A stretch of DNA of 47,504 bases from Emiliania huxleyi CCMP1516 (lineage: Eukaryota): positions 28,092-75,595 of the forward strand of contig NW_005201493.1 of assembly GCF_000372725.1 (NCBI RefSeq), in the 5' to 3' direction. The position numbers were made by a program, and so were the translations under genes. This document shows, one piece after another, positions 12,201 through 21,682 of this stretch. The notes beneath the pieces were generated by a model. It was given only the letters and a program-made list of their open reading frames with translations. It was not told where the DNA came from and did no database searches. The number at the start of each line of letters is the position of its first letter. The first letter of the stretch is position 1.

Positions 12201-13932
12201 GACGGTCCTGCTACCTCGCACCCTCGGAGGTACAACGCGCCCAGTGACAAAACCTACGGCCGCCAAGATTACGCCGAGGTGGCTGTTCTCAAGCCCGACG
12301 CCGATGAGAATGGCCGAGATATCGTGGTCAAGATGCGGGGGGGCGCGCTCAAGACAATCAACGAGACACATCGAGGGTACGACCCACTTCACTTCGTCAT
12401 CCTCCATCCAGCTGGCGACGACGGATGGAAGATCGGGATGACCAAGACTGGCAGCAAGCAGTCCATCAGTCCCTGCGACTTCTACGCCTATCGTGTGCAG
12501 TGGCGTGTCGACCAAGACGGGGCAAACTCGCTCCTCATGTCGTGCCGTCTCTTTCAGGCACGTAAACGAGAGGCATACCCCGAGAGCGCGTGCTGCCCTA
12601 CATTGCTCACGATCGCACGTCCGTGTCTTTAGGAGTACGTATGCAGCGCCTTTGCAAAGGCGGAGCATTGCAGGCTGCAATGGCAGCGTCACAATCAGAC
12701 AACTATTCGGGCCGTGCTCTACCAAAACCTCGTCGACCATGTCGCAGCGGGGGACGCTGGCAAGAAAATCGGCAAGCGTGTCGTTCTCAGCAGCAGCTTC
12801 GTCGGCGGCAATCGAGATCTGCACCGACGCTATCAAGATGCGATGGCGGTCGTTCGCGCGCACGGTAAACCATCCTTCTTCATCACGTTCACGTGCAATC
12901 CTAACTGGCCCGAGATTGTCAACTCCCTCCCCAAGGGGCTGAAGGCGTGCGATCGACCAGACATTGTGAGCCGAGTCTTTCGTCAAAAGCTGAATGAACT
13001 GCTGACCGACATCAAAGAAAAAGCGATCTTTGGGACCGCCAATGCGAACCTTTCCGTCACCGAGTTTCAAAAGCGTCCGCATCACCGTCCAAAGAGGTGC
13101 CCTCCGGCGTGGCGGCCGAGGGGGGGAGCAAGGAGGCCAAGAGCTTGACCCCGTCCAAGCGGGCCGCCGCCGCCTCGCCGGCGTCCGCATCGCGCCCTGT
13201 CCGCAACGGGCGTGCCGCCGCCGCCAAGCCTAGCATGTGACTCATAGCCCGTCGTCCCCGCACTCGCGGTATGGGCTTCCGCTCGTGCATTGTTCCCGAG
13301 AGCGACGAGGGCGAGAGCTCTGGTGACGAGTGCGGCTCGGCGGCCGCGGAGGCGGCGTCCGACAGTGAGTCGGAGTCTTCCCTCCTCGAGCAGGCCATAC
13401 GGGCGGCGGGTGATGTGTGCGGGCCGTCGACATCGGCCGTCGAGACGGGCAACTCTCTCGAGGCGGGCAACTCTTCCGACGAGGACGCCTCTCACTGCGA
13501 GACGCTCGGGGCCGACGACTCCTCCGATGCGTCCTACACCGACGGCGACTCCTCCAGCATCGACTCCGATGTCGGCGGCGCCTCCGACGAGGACAGCGAC
13601 GCGTCTTGGTTGCCCTCCGACTAGGCGTCGGCGCTATACAGAGAGGAGAGAGGGTATCATAGTATATGCGTGCTTCTGTGTGTGTGGCGACGCGTTGTCT
13701 GCCGCTGTCTTGCTTATTACACCTCATAGACATGTGGTGCACCTGGCACTAAGGCACCTCCCCGCGAAAAAGACACATCTAAACCCGGCTGACGGCGGCC
13801 TTACAATTTTCCTAGCAAGCCTCTACTGCTTCGTTGTCCGTCGTCTGCTGCTGTACAATTCTGGCCTCTTCTCCGTCGCAAGGGCCCCGCCCCCCTCGAG
13901 GGGGGGGCGGGGCCCGCGCAGGGGCCCTCTAG
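9211..13932 (+). mobile_element. Helitron, both termini present, internally deleted (non-autonomous)
   Basis: 5' end A|TCTACCCTTATAAG at 9210/9211. The 3' end has a 14-bp GC hairpin (13882-13915), then CTAG (13929-13932)|T. Spliced Rep coding exons lie inside. Confidence 0.85.
10930..13075 (+). pseudogene. Truncated Helitron Rep (RepHel N-terminal half, Helitron_like_N); 5' exons uncertain
   Basis: Introns 11414-11485 (GT-AG), 12048-12119 (GT-AG) and 12558-12632 (GC-AG) join CAGCGA..GE..CCKKNKVSLP, HPRRYNAP..EVAV, YDPLHFVILHPAGDDGW, RLFQ|EYV, SSFVGGNR..YQDAMAVVRAHGKPSFFITFTCNPNWPEI, DRPDIVSRVF and EFQKR. Similarity stops there. Confidence 0.9.
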
Positions 13933-13995
13933 TCGTTCTTAGAAGAAACACGAAGGCCGTGACGCTGCTGGTTGTAGTCGACGCCATTCGGTGCG

Positions 13996-15538
13996 ATGCT
14001 CGCCGTTCTCCCTGCACTCGCAGGCCTCGCTGTCACTGCGCCCACCTCCTCGCGCGGCGTGGCGCACCGCGTGCTGCTGCGCTGTGCGCGCGATGGCGCG
14101 TTTGCCGACCGGGCGCTCTCCTCCGCCATCGAGGGCGCGGGCGGCCTGAGCGGTGGCGACCGGGCGCTTGCCACCGAGCTGGTGTACGGTGTGCTTCGTC
14201 ACACCCGCTCGCTGGACCACAGCCTGGCCCAGCTTGCGACGCTGAACCGGACGGCGCTCCCCACCGCCGTGGCGCTGCGGATCGGTGCATATGAGCTCCT
14301 CCACCTCTCGACGCCCGACCACGCAGCAGTCGACGAGGCGGTGTCGCTGATCGGCGCAAAGGCGCAGCGCCGCTTCGTCAACGGCGTGCTCCGCAACCTC
14401 GCGCGCGGCCGAGGCCGCCTCGTCTCCCCAGACGCGGACCCTCGCCTCGGAGCCCGCGCGGCGCTCGCGGTGAGTACAGTGAAGAGAACTCTGGGTGCGC
14501 CGCTGCGTGACGAAGCCGAGACCCATCCCGATCCATCAGGTGCGCACGTCTACGCCCGAGTGGCTGCTCGACGACGTGGCGCGCGCTCTCCGCGGCGACG
14601 AGGCGGCGGCGCTGGAGGAGGAGGGCGGAGAGGCGGCAGCGGCGGAGGCGGAGGTCGTGGCTTGGGCCGAGGCGAGCCAGCGGGCGCCGCGGCTGGCGCT
14701 GCGCGTCAACGAGGCGCGCTGCACTGCCGACGCCGCGCTGTCCGCGCTGGTCGGCGCCGGAGTGGACGCTACGCTGCACCCGGCCGCGCCGGGCTGCCTG
14801 CTCGTGCGTGGCGGCGGGGCGCCGCACCGGCTGCCCGGCTTTGCGGAGGGGCACTGGACAGTTCAGGACGCGGCGGCGGCGCTGATCGGCGCGCTCGCGG
14901 CGCCGGCGGCGGGCGGCGCCGTCGTGCTCGAGCTCTGCGCCGCGCCCGGCGGCAAGACGACCCACCTCGCGTCTCTGCTCGGCGAAGGCGGCGTCGTGGT
15001 CGCCGTCGAGCTGCACAGCCGCAAGCTGCGCCTGATCGAGGAGTCGAGCGCACGCCTCGGCGTCGCCGCCGCCGTCCGCCCCGTCGCCGCCGACGCGACG
15101 GACGTGCCAGCCCTCCGCGCGGCCCTCGCAGCCCACGCCGGCGGCGCGCAAGCCGCCGATTGCGTGCTGGTCGACGCGCCGTGCTCTGGGATGGGGACGC
15201 TGCGCCGTAACCCGGAGCACCGCGCGAAGGGGCGCGCGCAGCTCGCCGCGCTGCCCGCGCTGCAGGGGCGGCTCCTCGACGCGGCGTCCGCGTGCGTGCG
15301 CGTCGGCGGCGTGGTGACGTATTCGGTGTGCACGCCGCGCGCCGAGGAGGGCGACGACGTGCTCGCCGCCTTTTTGCAGCGGCACGCGGGCCGATTCGAG
15401 CTGGAGCGGATCGAGGCGGCCGCGCTGCGACCCTTCGCCGCGCCGAGGGAGCGCTGGGGCGGCGACGTGCTCCAGACGTGGACGCACCGGCACGAGCTCG
15501 ACTCGCACTACGCGGCGCGGATGCGGCGCGTCGCGTAG
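13996..15538 (+). CDS. rsmB: 16S rRNA m5C methyltransferase RsmB/Sun (NusB-like + NOL1/NOP2 domain), organellar; intron 14470-14539
   Basis: Motifs DRALATELVYGVLR, LRIGAYELL, FVNGVLRN, VQDAAA, LELCAAPGGKTTH, VLVDAPCSGMGTLRRNPE and YSVCT. The GT-AG intron restores the frame. Confidence 0.92.
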
Positions 15539-15690
15539 TTTTAAGGCGAATCGGGTGGGGAAGGTATTGAACTGCCTTAAAACGGAAGGGCACGTCCTGT
15601 TCACGCGATGGCCAGCCGTGGTGTGAGCCCGAAGGGTCGGCGAGAGTCGGCAGGCCAGCAGAGCCCTCGGTCAATATTGGCTCTGACGCC

Positions 15691-15744
15691 GTAGAGTTTG
15701 TTGTAGAGATTTCACGTTGAAGAGCGCCTCTACATCGCTCTACA
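15691..15744 (-). repeat. Remnant of the subterminal region of the 29637-30517 TIR element
   Basis: Near-identical to the reverse complement of about 29758-29811 (GTAGAGTTTGTTGTAGAGATTTCACGTTG...). Confidence 0.8.
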
Positions 15745-15997
15745 ACGCAGGCGTTCCAAATTTGGGGGGGGGAACCAAATTTTGGGGGCGCCGGGATGTA
15801 CCCGGGTACAACGAAGTCCGGGATATAACGTACCAATGACTACTTCTGACACGATGGTGTCAAACTTTGGGCTTCGATAGCCTTATTGCGTAAAGCCTCC
15901 CACCTATCTTGGACCGGCTTTTTGGGCATTGGTTGCGCAACCCGACCGCAGCGAGAGCGCAAGTGGTGCGGCGGAGCAGCGGCGGAGGCGCGGCGAC

Positions 15998-16981
15998 ATG
16001 CTGCCACTCTCGGTCGCGCCACTGGCCCAAGACCCGTGCGTCAGCAGCAAGGTCTTCCGCGACCCGATAGTCAACTTTGCCTACGGCGGGCGCGCCGACT
16101 TTCGAGGCAAGCACAACGCGCTCTACAACTTCCTGTCTGCCCCCGGACTGTCGGTCAACGTCAAGACGGAGGAAGCGGTCTTCTTTGCGCATCACGGCGT
16201 GCTTACCGTGAATGGCACCTTCTTAACTGAGGCGCACATCACCGCGAAGCTCTCCCCACAGCGGCTTGCCACCGCGTCGTTCTGGGCGTCCGAGCTGGAC
16301 CCAGACAACTTTGGCTGGCGCGTGGTCAACGGCACCTGCGTCGGCCGCCCCTTCCGCTTCGGCAACCGCGGCAAGAAGCACTGCTTCGGCCTCAAGATGG
16401 CGATGGACTGGTCGAGCGCCACCTTTGAGCTAGGCAACTGGACGGTCACGGTGAACGGCATTCCATCGTGCGACACTGGCCACGATTGCCTCATCAAGGG
16501 GCCGGCCCACCGGATCGACGTTGGCTTCACCGCGCGCGGCGACGCTCCGGCCCGCGACTTGCCACACGGCATCATCGGCCAGTCCTTTGCCACGCCCGGA
16601 ATGGAGCGCAACGGCAAGCAGGACGTCTACCCCTTTGCGGGAGATTATACCACCACCGCGCAGGCCGAGGGTGCCATCGAGGGCCCGGCCTCCGACTACG
16701 AAATGCCCAGCGCCTTCGCGACCGAGTTCGTCTTCTCGCGCTTCAATGCGGCGAAAGGCGACACCGCGTCGGCCTTGGGCGCAAAACTCACCGACATGGT
16801 CGAGGCATCGTCAATCGACCGCGTTGCCGCCGCCGCCACCGAAGCGGAGCGCCGCCGTCTCTCCGAGGCGCCCTGGGCTCGGCCCGCACATATTACCCGC
16901 CGACTCTCTGATGCATTGGCACATGATATCCTCCGGTTGATCGGACGGTGTGCCACTCTCGAGACACCTTTGCCAATTTGA
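15998..16981 (+). CDS. VWD/root-cap-like extracellular domain protein, probably truncated at the 3' end
   Basis: DPIVNFAYGGRADFRG..YNFLSAPGLSVN...HGIIGQSF...AEGAIEG; paralogous to the convergent minus-strand gene. After RRRLSEAP (about 16872) the ORF runs antisense through the other gene. Confidence 0.6.
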   Translation: MLPLSVAPLAQDPCVSSKVFRDPIVNFAYGGRADFRGKHNALYNFLSAPGLSVNVKTEEAVFFAHHGVLTVNGTFLTEAHITAKLSPQRLATASFWASELDPDNFGWRVVNGTCVGRPFRFGNRGKKHCFGLKMAMDWSSATFELGNWTVTVNGIPSCDTGHDCLIKGPAHRIDVGFTARGDAPARDLPHGIIGQSFATPGMERNGKQDVYPFAGDYTTTAQAEGAIEGPASDYEMPSAFATEFVFSRFNAAKGDTASALGAKLTDMVEASSIDRVAAAATEAERRRLSEAPWARPAHITRRLSDALAHDILRLIGRCATLETPLPI

Positions 16982-18217
16982 GTCCATCCCCAGTATCTCG
17001 ATCATTTTCTGGCAATTCGGGATCGCCCCAGCCGCATTACCATGGCACGCCGTCTGCCCGCAGGTCAGCGCGGGCGGCGGTGGCGGCGGCGGTGGGAGTG
17101 GTGGTTGAGCGGGCGGCGGTGCGGATGGAGGGCAGCACTGCGAGAGGCACTCGCTGCGTTGGCCGCTGAGTATCGCTGCGGAGGCCTTGTTTTCGCAGTA
17201 CCCACCTGGTTTGGTGTAGCTGAAGCTGCACGAGCAATCGCGCTGAAACGCGACCGTGGGGGGCGAAGAGGGCGGAGCGCACGGGTGTGCCACTCCGGCC
17301 AGCTTTTCGTAGAGCCTGCGCTCGTCCGGAGGCGCACTCGCCGCCCCAGCAACCTCCACCTGGTCTGTTGACGAGGCGTCCACCGCTGCTGCGCCGGCCG
17401 GGAGGGGAAGCATCGGCTGCTTTGCTTCGTGGAAGCGCGAGAAGGCAAACTCCGTCGCCAGCGGACCCGGGAGCTCGTACATGGCCGCGTTGCCCTCGAT
17501 TGCGCCCTCCGCCATCGCCGACGTGCGGAAGCGCCCCTCTGAGGGGTAGAGGTCGCGTTTCCCGTCCCGCGCCGTACGCCAAGCAAAGGACTGCCCGACC
17601 AGGCCGTGGGTCTGGGCCAGCGCCGCCTCGTCCCCGTGCGCGTGCAGCGACACGTCGAGCCGGTGCCTCGGGCCATTAATATGACCCCAGACTGGCGCGG
17701 CGGCCACCTTGATCACCCAGCCTGGGACCCTGAACCTTGCGCTCGAGAACCTGACGAGAATCTCCATCTCCTCGCACTTCTTGTACCCGCCCGTGCCGAG
17801 GAAGAACTGGCCGCGATCGCCGCACGTGCCATTGATCATGTTGGGTCCCGTTGTGAATTCGTTCAGCTCGGAGGTCCAAAAGCTTGCCGTCGCCAGCTTG
17901 TGCTTCTCCCCGCCAACCAGCGCCACGCCGTGCACCTCCGTGATGAAGGAGCCGTCGACCGTTAGCGCATCCCGGTACGTCTTGAACTGGGCCTCCTCAG
18001 TGCGCACGTTGATGGCGAAGCTCGGTGTGGACAGGAACGAGTAGTATGCACCATTGCGGCCTCTGAAGTCGGCACGGCCGCCGCGAGCGAATGCCAGGTG
18101 AGGGTCCTTTTTCACGTTGGCGCATTGGCTGGCGACGCGAGCGAGCAGGCCGAGGGCGTAGATGGCAAGGACAGCGCGCGCCCACGACGTTCGCGCGCGA
18201 TTTTTCGGGGAGGGCAT
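16811..18217 (-). CDS. Secreted VWD/root-cap-like domain protein with Pro-rich linkers and Cys-rich C-terminal modules
   Basis: ATG18217, then a hydrophobic leader, DPHLAFARGGRADFRG..YSFLSTPSFAIN, HGLVGQSF, AEGAIEG, ERRL, poly-Pro and Cys-rich segments. Confidence 0.7.
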   Translation of the reverse strand: MPSPKNRARTSWARAVLAIYALGLLARVASQCANVKKDPHLAFARGGRADFRGRNGAYYSFLSTPSFAINVRTEEAQFKTYRDALTVDGSFITEVHGVALVGGEKHKLATASFWTSELNEFTTGPNMINGTCGDRGQFFLGTGGYKKCEEMEILVRFSSARFRVPGWVIKVAAAPVWGHINGPRHRLDVSLHAHGDEAALAQTHGLVGQSFAWRTARDGKRDLYPSEGRFRTSAMAEGAIEGNAAMYELPGPLATEFAFSRFHEAKQPMLPLPAGAAAVDASSTDQVEVAGAASAPPDERRLYEKLAGVAHPCAPPSSPPTVAFQRDCSCSFSYTKPGGYCENKASAAILSGQRSECLSQCCPPSAPPPAQPPLPPPPPPPPALTCGQTACHGNAAGAIPNCQKMIEILGMDSNWQRCLESGTPSDQPEDIMCQCIRESAGNMCGPSPGRLGETAALRFGGGGGNAVD

Positions 18218-18617
18218 GCTGACGTGAGGCAACGTACAGGGGGGACGCGGCGCAGGCGCCCGCCCCGATTGTTGACGCAGTTCGCCGTCGGGGGATGGTA
18301 GAGAGTTTTTTTGAAAATGTGATATTTCTTTTTTTGGGTGGACTTATCATGTGACATCCTTCTTACACACTAAATAGCATTCGGGCAAGTTTCGGCAAAA
18401 AGAAAAAAGCAAGGGCGCCGCCCCCGCCGAAACCACACGATTGTTTTTTTTTATTTGCGGGGTGGGGGGGGACGTGCGGATGCAAATGGCGGCGGCGCGG
18501 ATGGCGGCGGCCAGGGGCGGCCCGGGCAGGGAAAAAAAGAAAAGTGCCGGCCCAGTGGCGCCCCGCACAAGAACCTTTTTTTATGATTATTATATACTGG
18601 AGACGTATCAACAGGGC

Positions 18618-18793
18618 GAATATATCGCAATATAAGCCAATATATCCCAATATTCTCCAATATATCCGGACCGTATATTGCGATATATTGGCTTATATTC
18701 CACATTTCAGCTGTGAAGCTTATTGTCAGTATTCTCTCAAGTGTTTTCGTCATTTTCGTCATTTTCCTCAATCGCTGTGAACCCAGCCACGTA
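18618..18793. repeat. AT-rich 10-bp-period CAATATA repeats in inverted arrangement plus a 24-bp terminal motif; probable DNA transposon end
   Basis: AATATATCGCAATATA and AATATAAGCCAATATA each have their reverse complement in 18675-18699. 18770-18793 is the reverse complement of 1505-1528. Confidence 0.55.
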
Positions 18794-19055
18794 CGCGTGT
18801 GCGAAAAACGCGAAACGGTGGGTGGTGGCTGGTGGCTCCGGCCACGGCGGCGGTTACAACTTACTTCAAGTGTACAGTGTTCATCTGCTTACAACACACC
18901 CCCCGGCGCTCTCTCCAAAACTCTCGAGCCCGCTCTCTCCGGACTCCGCGCGCCGCTCGGCGCTCGCGGGCGGGGCCCGGGGCGCCCGCGGCCGCGCGCC
19001 GCTCCGCCGGCGGCCGGCGCGATGTCGCCCCGCCGCCACGCAAAGCGGATATGTG

Positions 19056-19900
19056 TCACGTGCCGAGGAGTAGCGAGCGAGCCCTTTTCCCTGAGGACGG
19101 CTTCAGGTAGCACCGGAACGGGGAGCCGTGATGAACGGTGTACGAGACGTCTGAGTAGTGCAGCTCACAAGGTCTGCCTGATGAGACGCCCGCGACGTTC
19201 CACTCGTACGCGCGGCAAGTCGGATCCGCCTCGCAGAGAGCCTGGCACCGCGCCTGATCGACGCCGGCAAACGCCTCGAAGGCGCCAAGCGAGCACGCGT
19301 CCTGGATCCCCTTGCAGTCGTGGGCGTTGCGCGCGTTGCAGCCCGGATAGCAGCCAAAGCACTGTGTCGGGTGCGAGGCCGGCATGTCACACGTGGCGCT
19401 GCGGCAGGCGCCCTGCACACCCCCAGGCGGCGCCCATTCGACGGGCGACGCGGAGGGCAGCAGCGGCTGCGGCGGCAAGGGAGACGTGGAGGGCATCAGG
19501 CTCCAGAGCATCGACCGGAACTGGTCCGAGTCCTTGACGTGGCATGTGACGCCTCGCTCACCCCGAAATGTCTTGGCGATCACTTCCCTGTGCAGCTCGC
19601 AGAGGCTGAAGCTCCCAACCTGCCCAAACTCGTACGCAAGGCAGTCGATCATGCGCGCGCACTCGTCGCGACACACGATCTCAGACACCTGCCACCTCTC
19701 GTCGTACCGTCCAGTGCCGCCGTGCGGGGTCGCGCAGCCGCCCGTGGAATTCAGCCAGCGGGTCCCCATCTGGGCGGAGGAGGGCGACGGCGGCGGCGGC
19801 GGCGGCATCGAGGGCGGCTGCGGCGGCAGCGGCGAGGGCGGCGGCCGCTGGGGCGACGGCGAGGTCGGAGGGGGCAGCGACGGCGCCGGAATATATTTTT
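19056..19900 (-). CDS. Pro-rich protein (or fragment) with two PAN/Apple-like Cys modules; start unclear
   Basis: CRDECARMIDCLAYEF...CELH and CQALCEADPTCRAYEW...CELH, preceded by a PPSPP linker. Confidence 0.55.
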
Positions 19901-20877
19901 TCGTAGCACGTCGTGGCGATGGCGCTAAGAGGTTCCTCTTTTCCGCGCCCCCCCCGCAAGGCGCGCGATACACAAAAACACAACCCCGGACGCAAGACGC
20001 ACAAGCACAGACGTTCACGTGACAAGGATCAATCTGGCTTGGCCTCCCCGCTTGGGCGACGCTTGGCGACACATGCCAGCCACCTCAAGCGGGGCCGCCC
20101 CTTCGGCGGCGAGGACATGAAGAGAGCGTCCATAGACACCTCACTAGACCCCACACACGGTCTCGTCCGTGCCTCGCCGGCCGGCGAGATTGCTCGAGGT
20201 GGAGCAAGCCTGCTCTAGCCTCGCATGTTACTTCCTGTCGTCTGTTGTTTGTTGTGCCCTTGTTTGTTCCTTTGGCACCTTGGAGTGCTGGGGGGGGCGA
20301 CAGGGAGGATGTGGCCCAGGGAGGAGGGGAAGACGTAGGGTTGAGCTGGACTCGCCTTTCCTGAGGCCCCTCCCCGAAAGGCAAGTATTAGCCACACGAA
20401 ACCGAGACCCCTCCCCATCGCCCCGATCCCCCCACCCCCTTGCTCCCCTCCCCCCCTCGGGAGGGCCGAACTGAGGCGCCCGTGGGGACCCCGCAATTCC
20501 CTTCCCCCCTCGGAGGCAGGGCCGGACAGAGGCGTCGAGGGCCCCGCTCTATCCTTCGCATAGCGGCCACTCTTCGGATCGCTGGTCGAGCGACCCGGGG
20601 GATGCCCCGCGCGCCTGACCCAGGCGCGAGAAACGAATCTGCGAGGCGAGGCCGCTCATGCGGCCCGATAGGGAGGAACGGGGCGGACTACGGGGATCGG
20701 CCTCTAACACCGCCCTTCCTTGCAGCGAGCCCCCTCCAGCCCACCCGCGCTAGGTCTCGGGTTTGACGCTTTTGGGGTCACTCCCGCGAAACTCGTGAAC
20801 TAGCCGGGGCAGTCGGAGAAGGGGCAACTCCGTGCACTGACGGTCGGCCGTCAGAAAACACGCCTCCGTGGATCGGG

Positions 20878-21198
20878 TTACACCGATCCTCGCTGCGCGT
20901 ACACATCGTACACATCGAACTGGTACTGCTCTGCCTTCTCTGTTGCAGCGTTCGACCAAGTCTCGACGTCCAACTCAAGCTGGGCGTGCTTGATGGCCGA
21001 GAAGTTGAGGTGCCCAGATGGGTTGAACGCCTCGGGCTGCAGAGCGTTGAGAGGGATGGCAAAGATGTCCTTCCTGTCCAGTGAGCCGGCCAGCATCTGC
21101 AGGTCGTGAGACGACTCGTTCTCAGACACATCCACGTGCTTGTCCACTGCCCGCGCGTAGTCTGTGGACGTGTTAGTGTGTGAGCGACGAGAGGACAC
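20878..21198 (-). pseudogene. C-terminal fragment of an NCLDV major capsid protein (endogenous viral element)
   Basis: DRKDIFAIPLNALQPEAFNPSGHLNFSAIKHAQLELDV...FDVY resembles the NCLDV MCP C-terminal signature (IYVYSFALxPExxQPSGxxNFSRIxxAxLxL...VYA). It is intronless, lower in GC and truncated at both ends. Confidence 0.75.
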
Positions 21199-21682
21199 GA
21201 GCTGACAGCGTCAGCGTGTCAGCGTGTCAGCGTGTCGGCGGTCAGCTCGTGTCGGCGTGTCGGCGGCGGTCACTGCACAGCTCGGCGTTCACAAATCCGA
21301 CGACCAGTTGTCCTTTCCAAAAAGGCGAATCAGTACTCAGTCTTACACACCTCCAAGCATGGAGGACGGGCCCACACGCACACACACGCTGCACACGATT
21401 GGCTCGGGAGCCGACACGAGGCACACTGTCACCGGCCTTAGCACCGGGTCCGGACTGCTGGACACAGCCGAATCTTTTAAAGAAAATATTCTTGCTTTCT
21501 CTTAAAAAAAGAAACCCGCGCGCCAGCGTGCGTGACGTGTCATCGCGACGGCCGTGCACGAGTTGACGGCCGCGTGCTACGGAGCAGTCTGCCCCTCCGT
21601 CGCTACCCACCCCACCAAGTCAGCAGCCATAGCACATAACTTGCGGCGAGGAAGGCAGCTGGCGGTGGCGGGTACGGCACCG

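Noticed and set aside
13076..13932. Fanzor/TnpB cargo at the Helitron 3' end
   Set aside because: Only low-complexity and acidic ORFs are present; no RuvC or zinc-finger motifs were seen.
20219..20893. CCTCGC direct repeat as a TSD whose removal would restore the capsid ORF
   Set aside because: A 6-bp GC-rich match is likely by chance, and joining the flanks gives an immediate stop rather than the MCP terminus.
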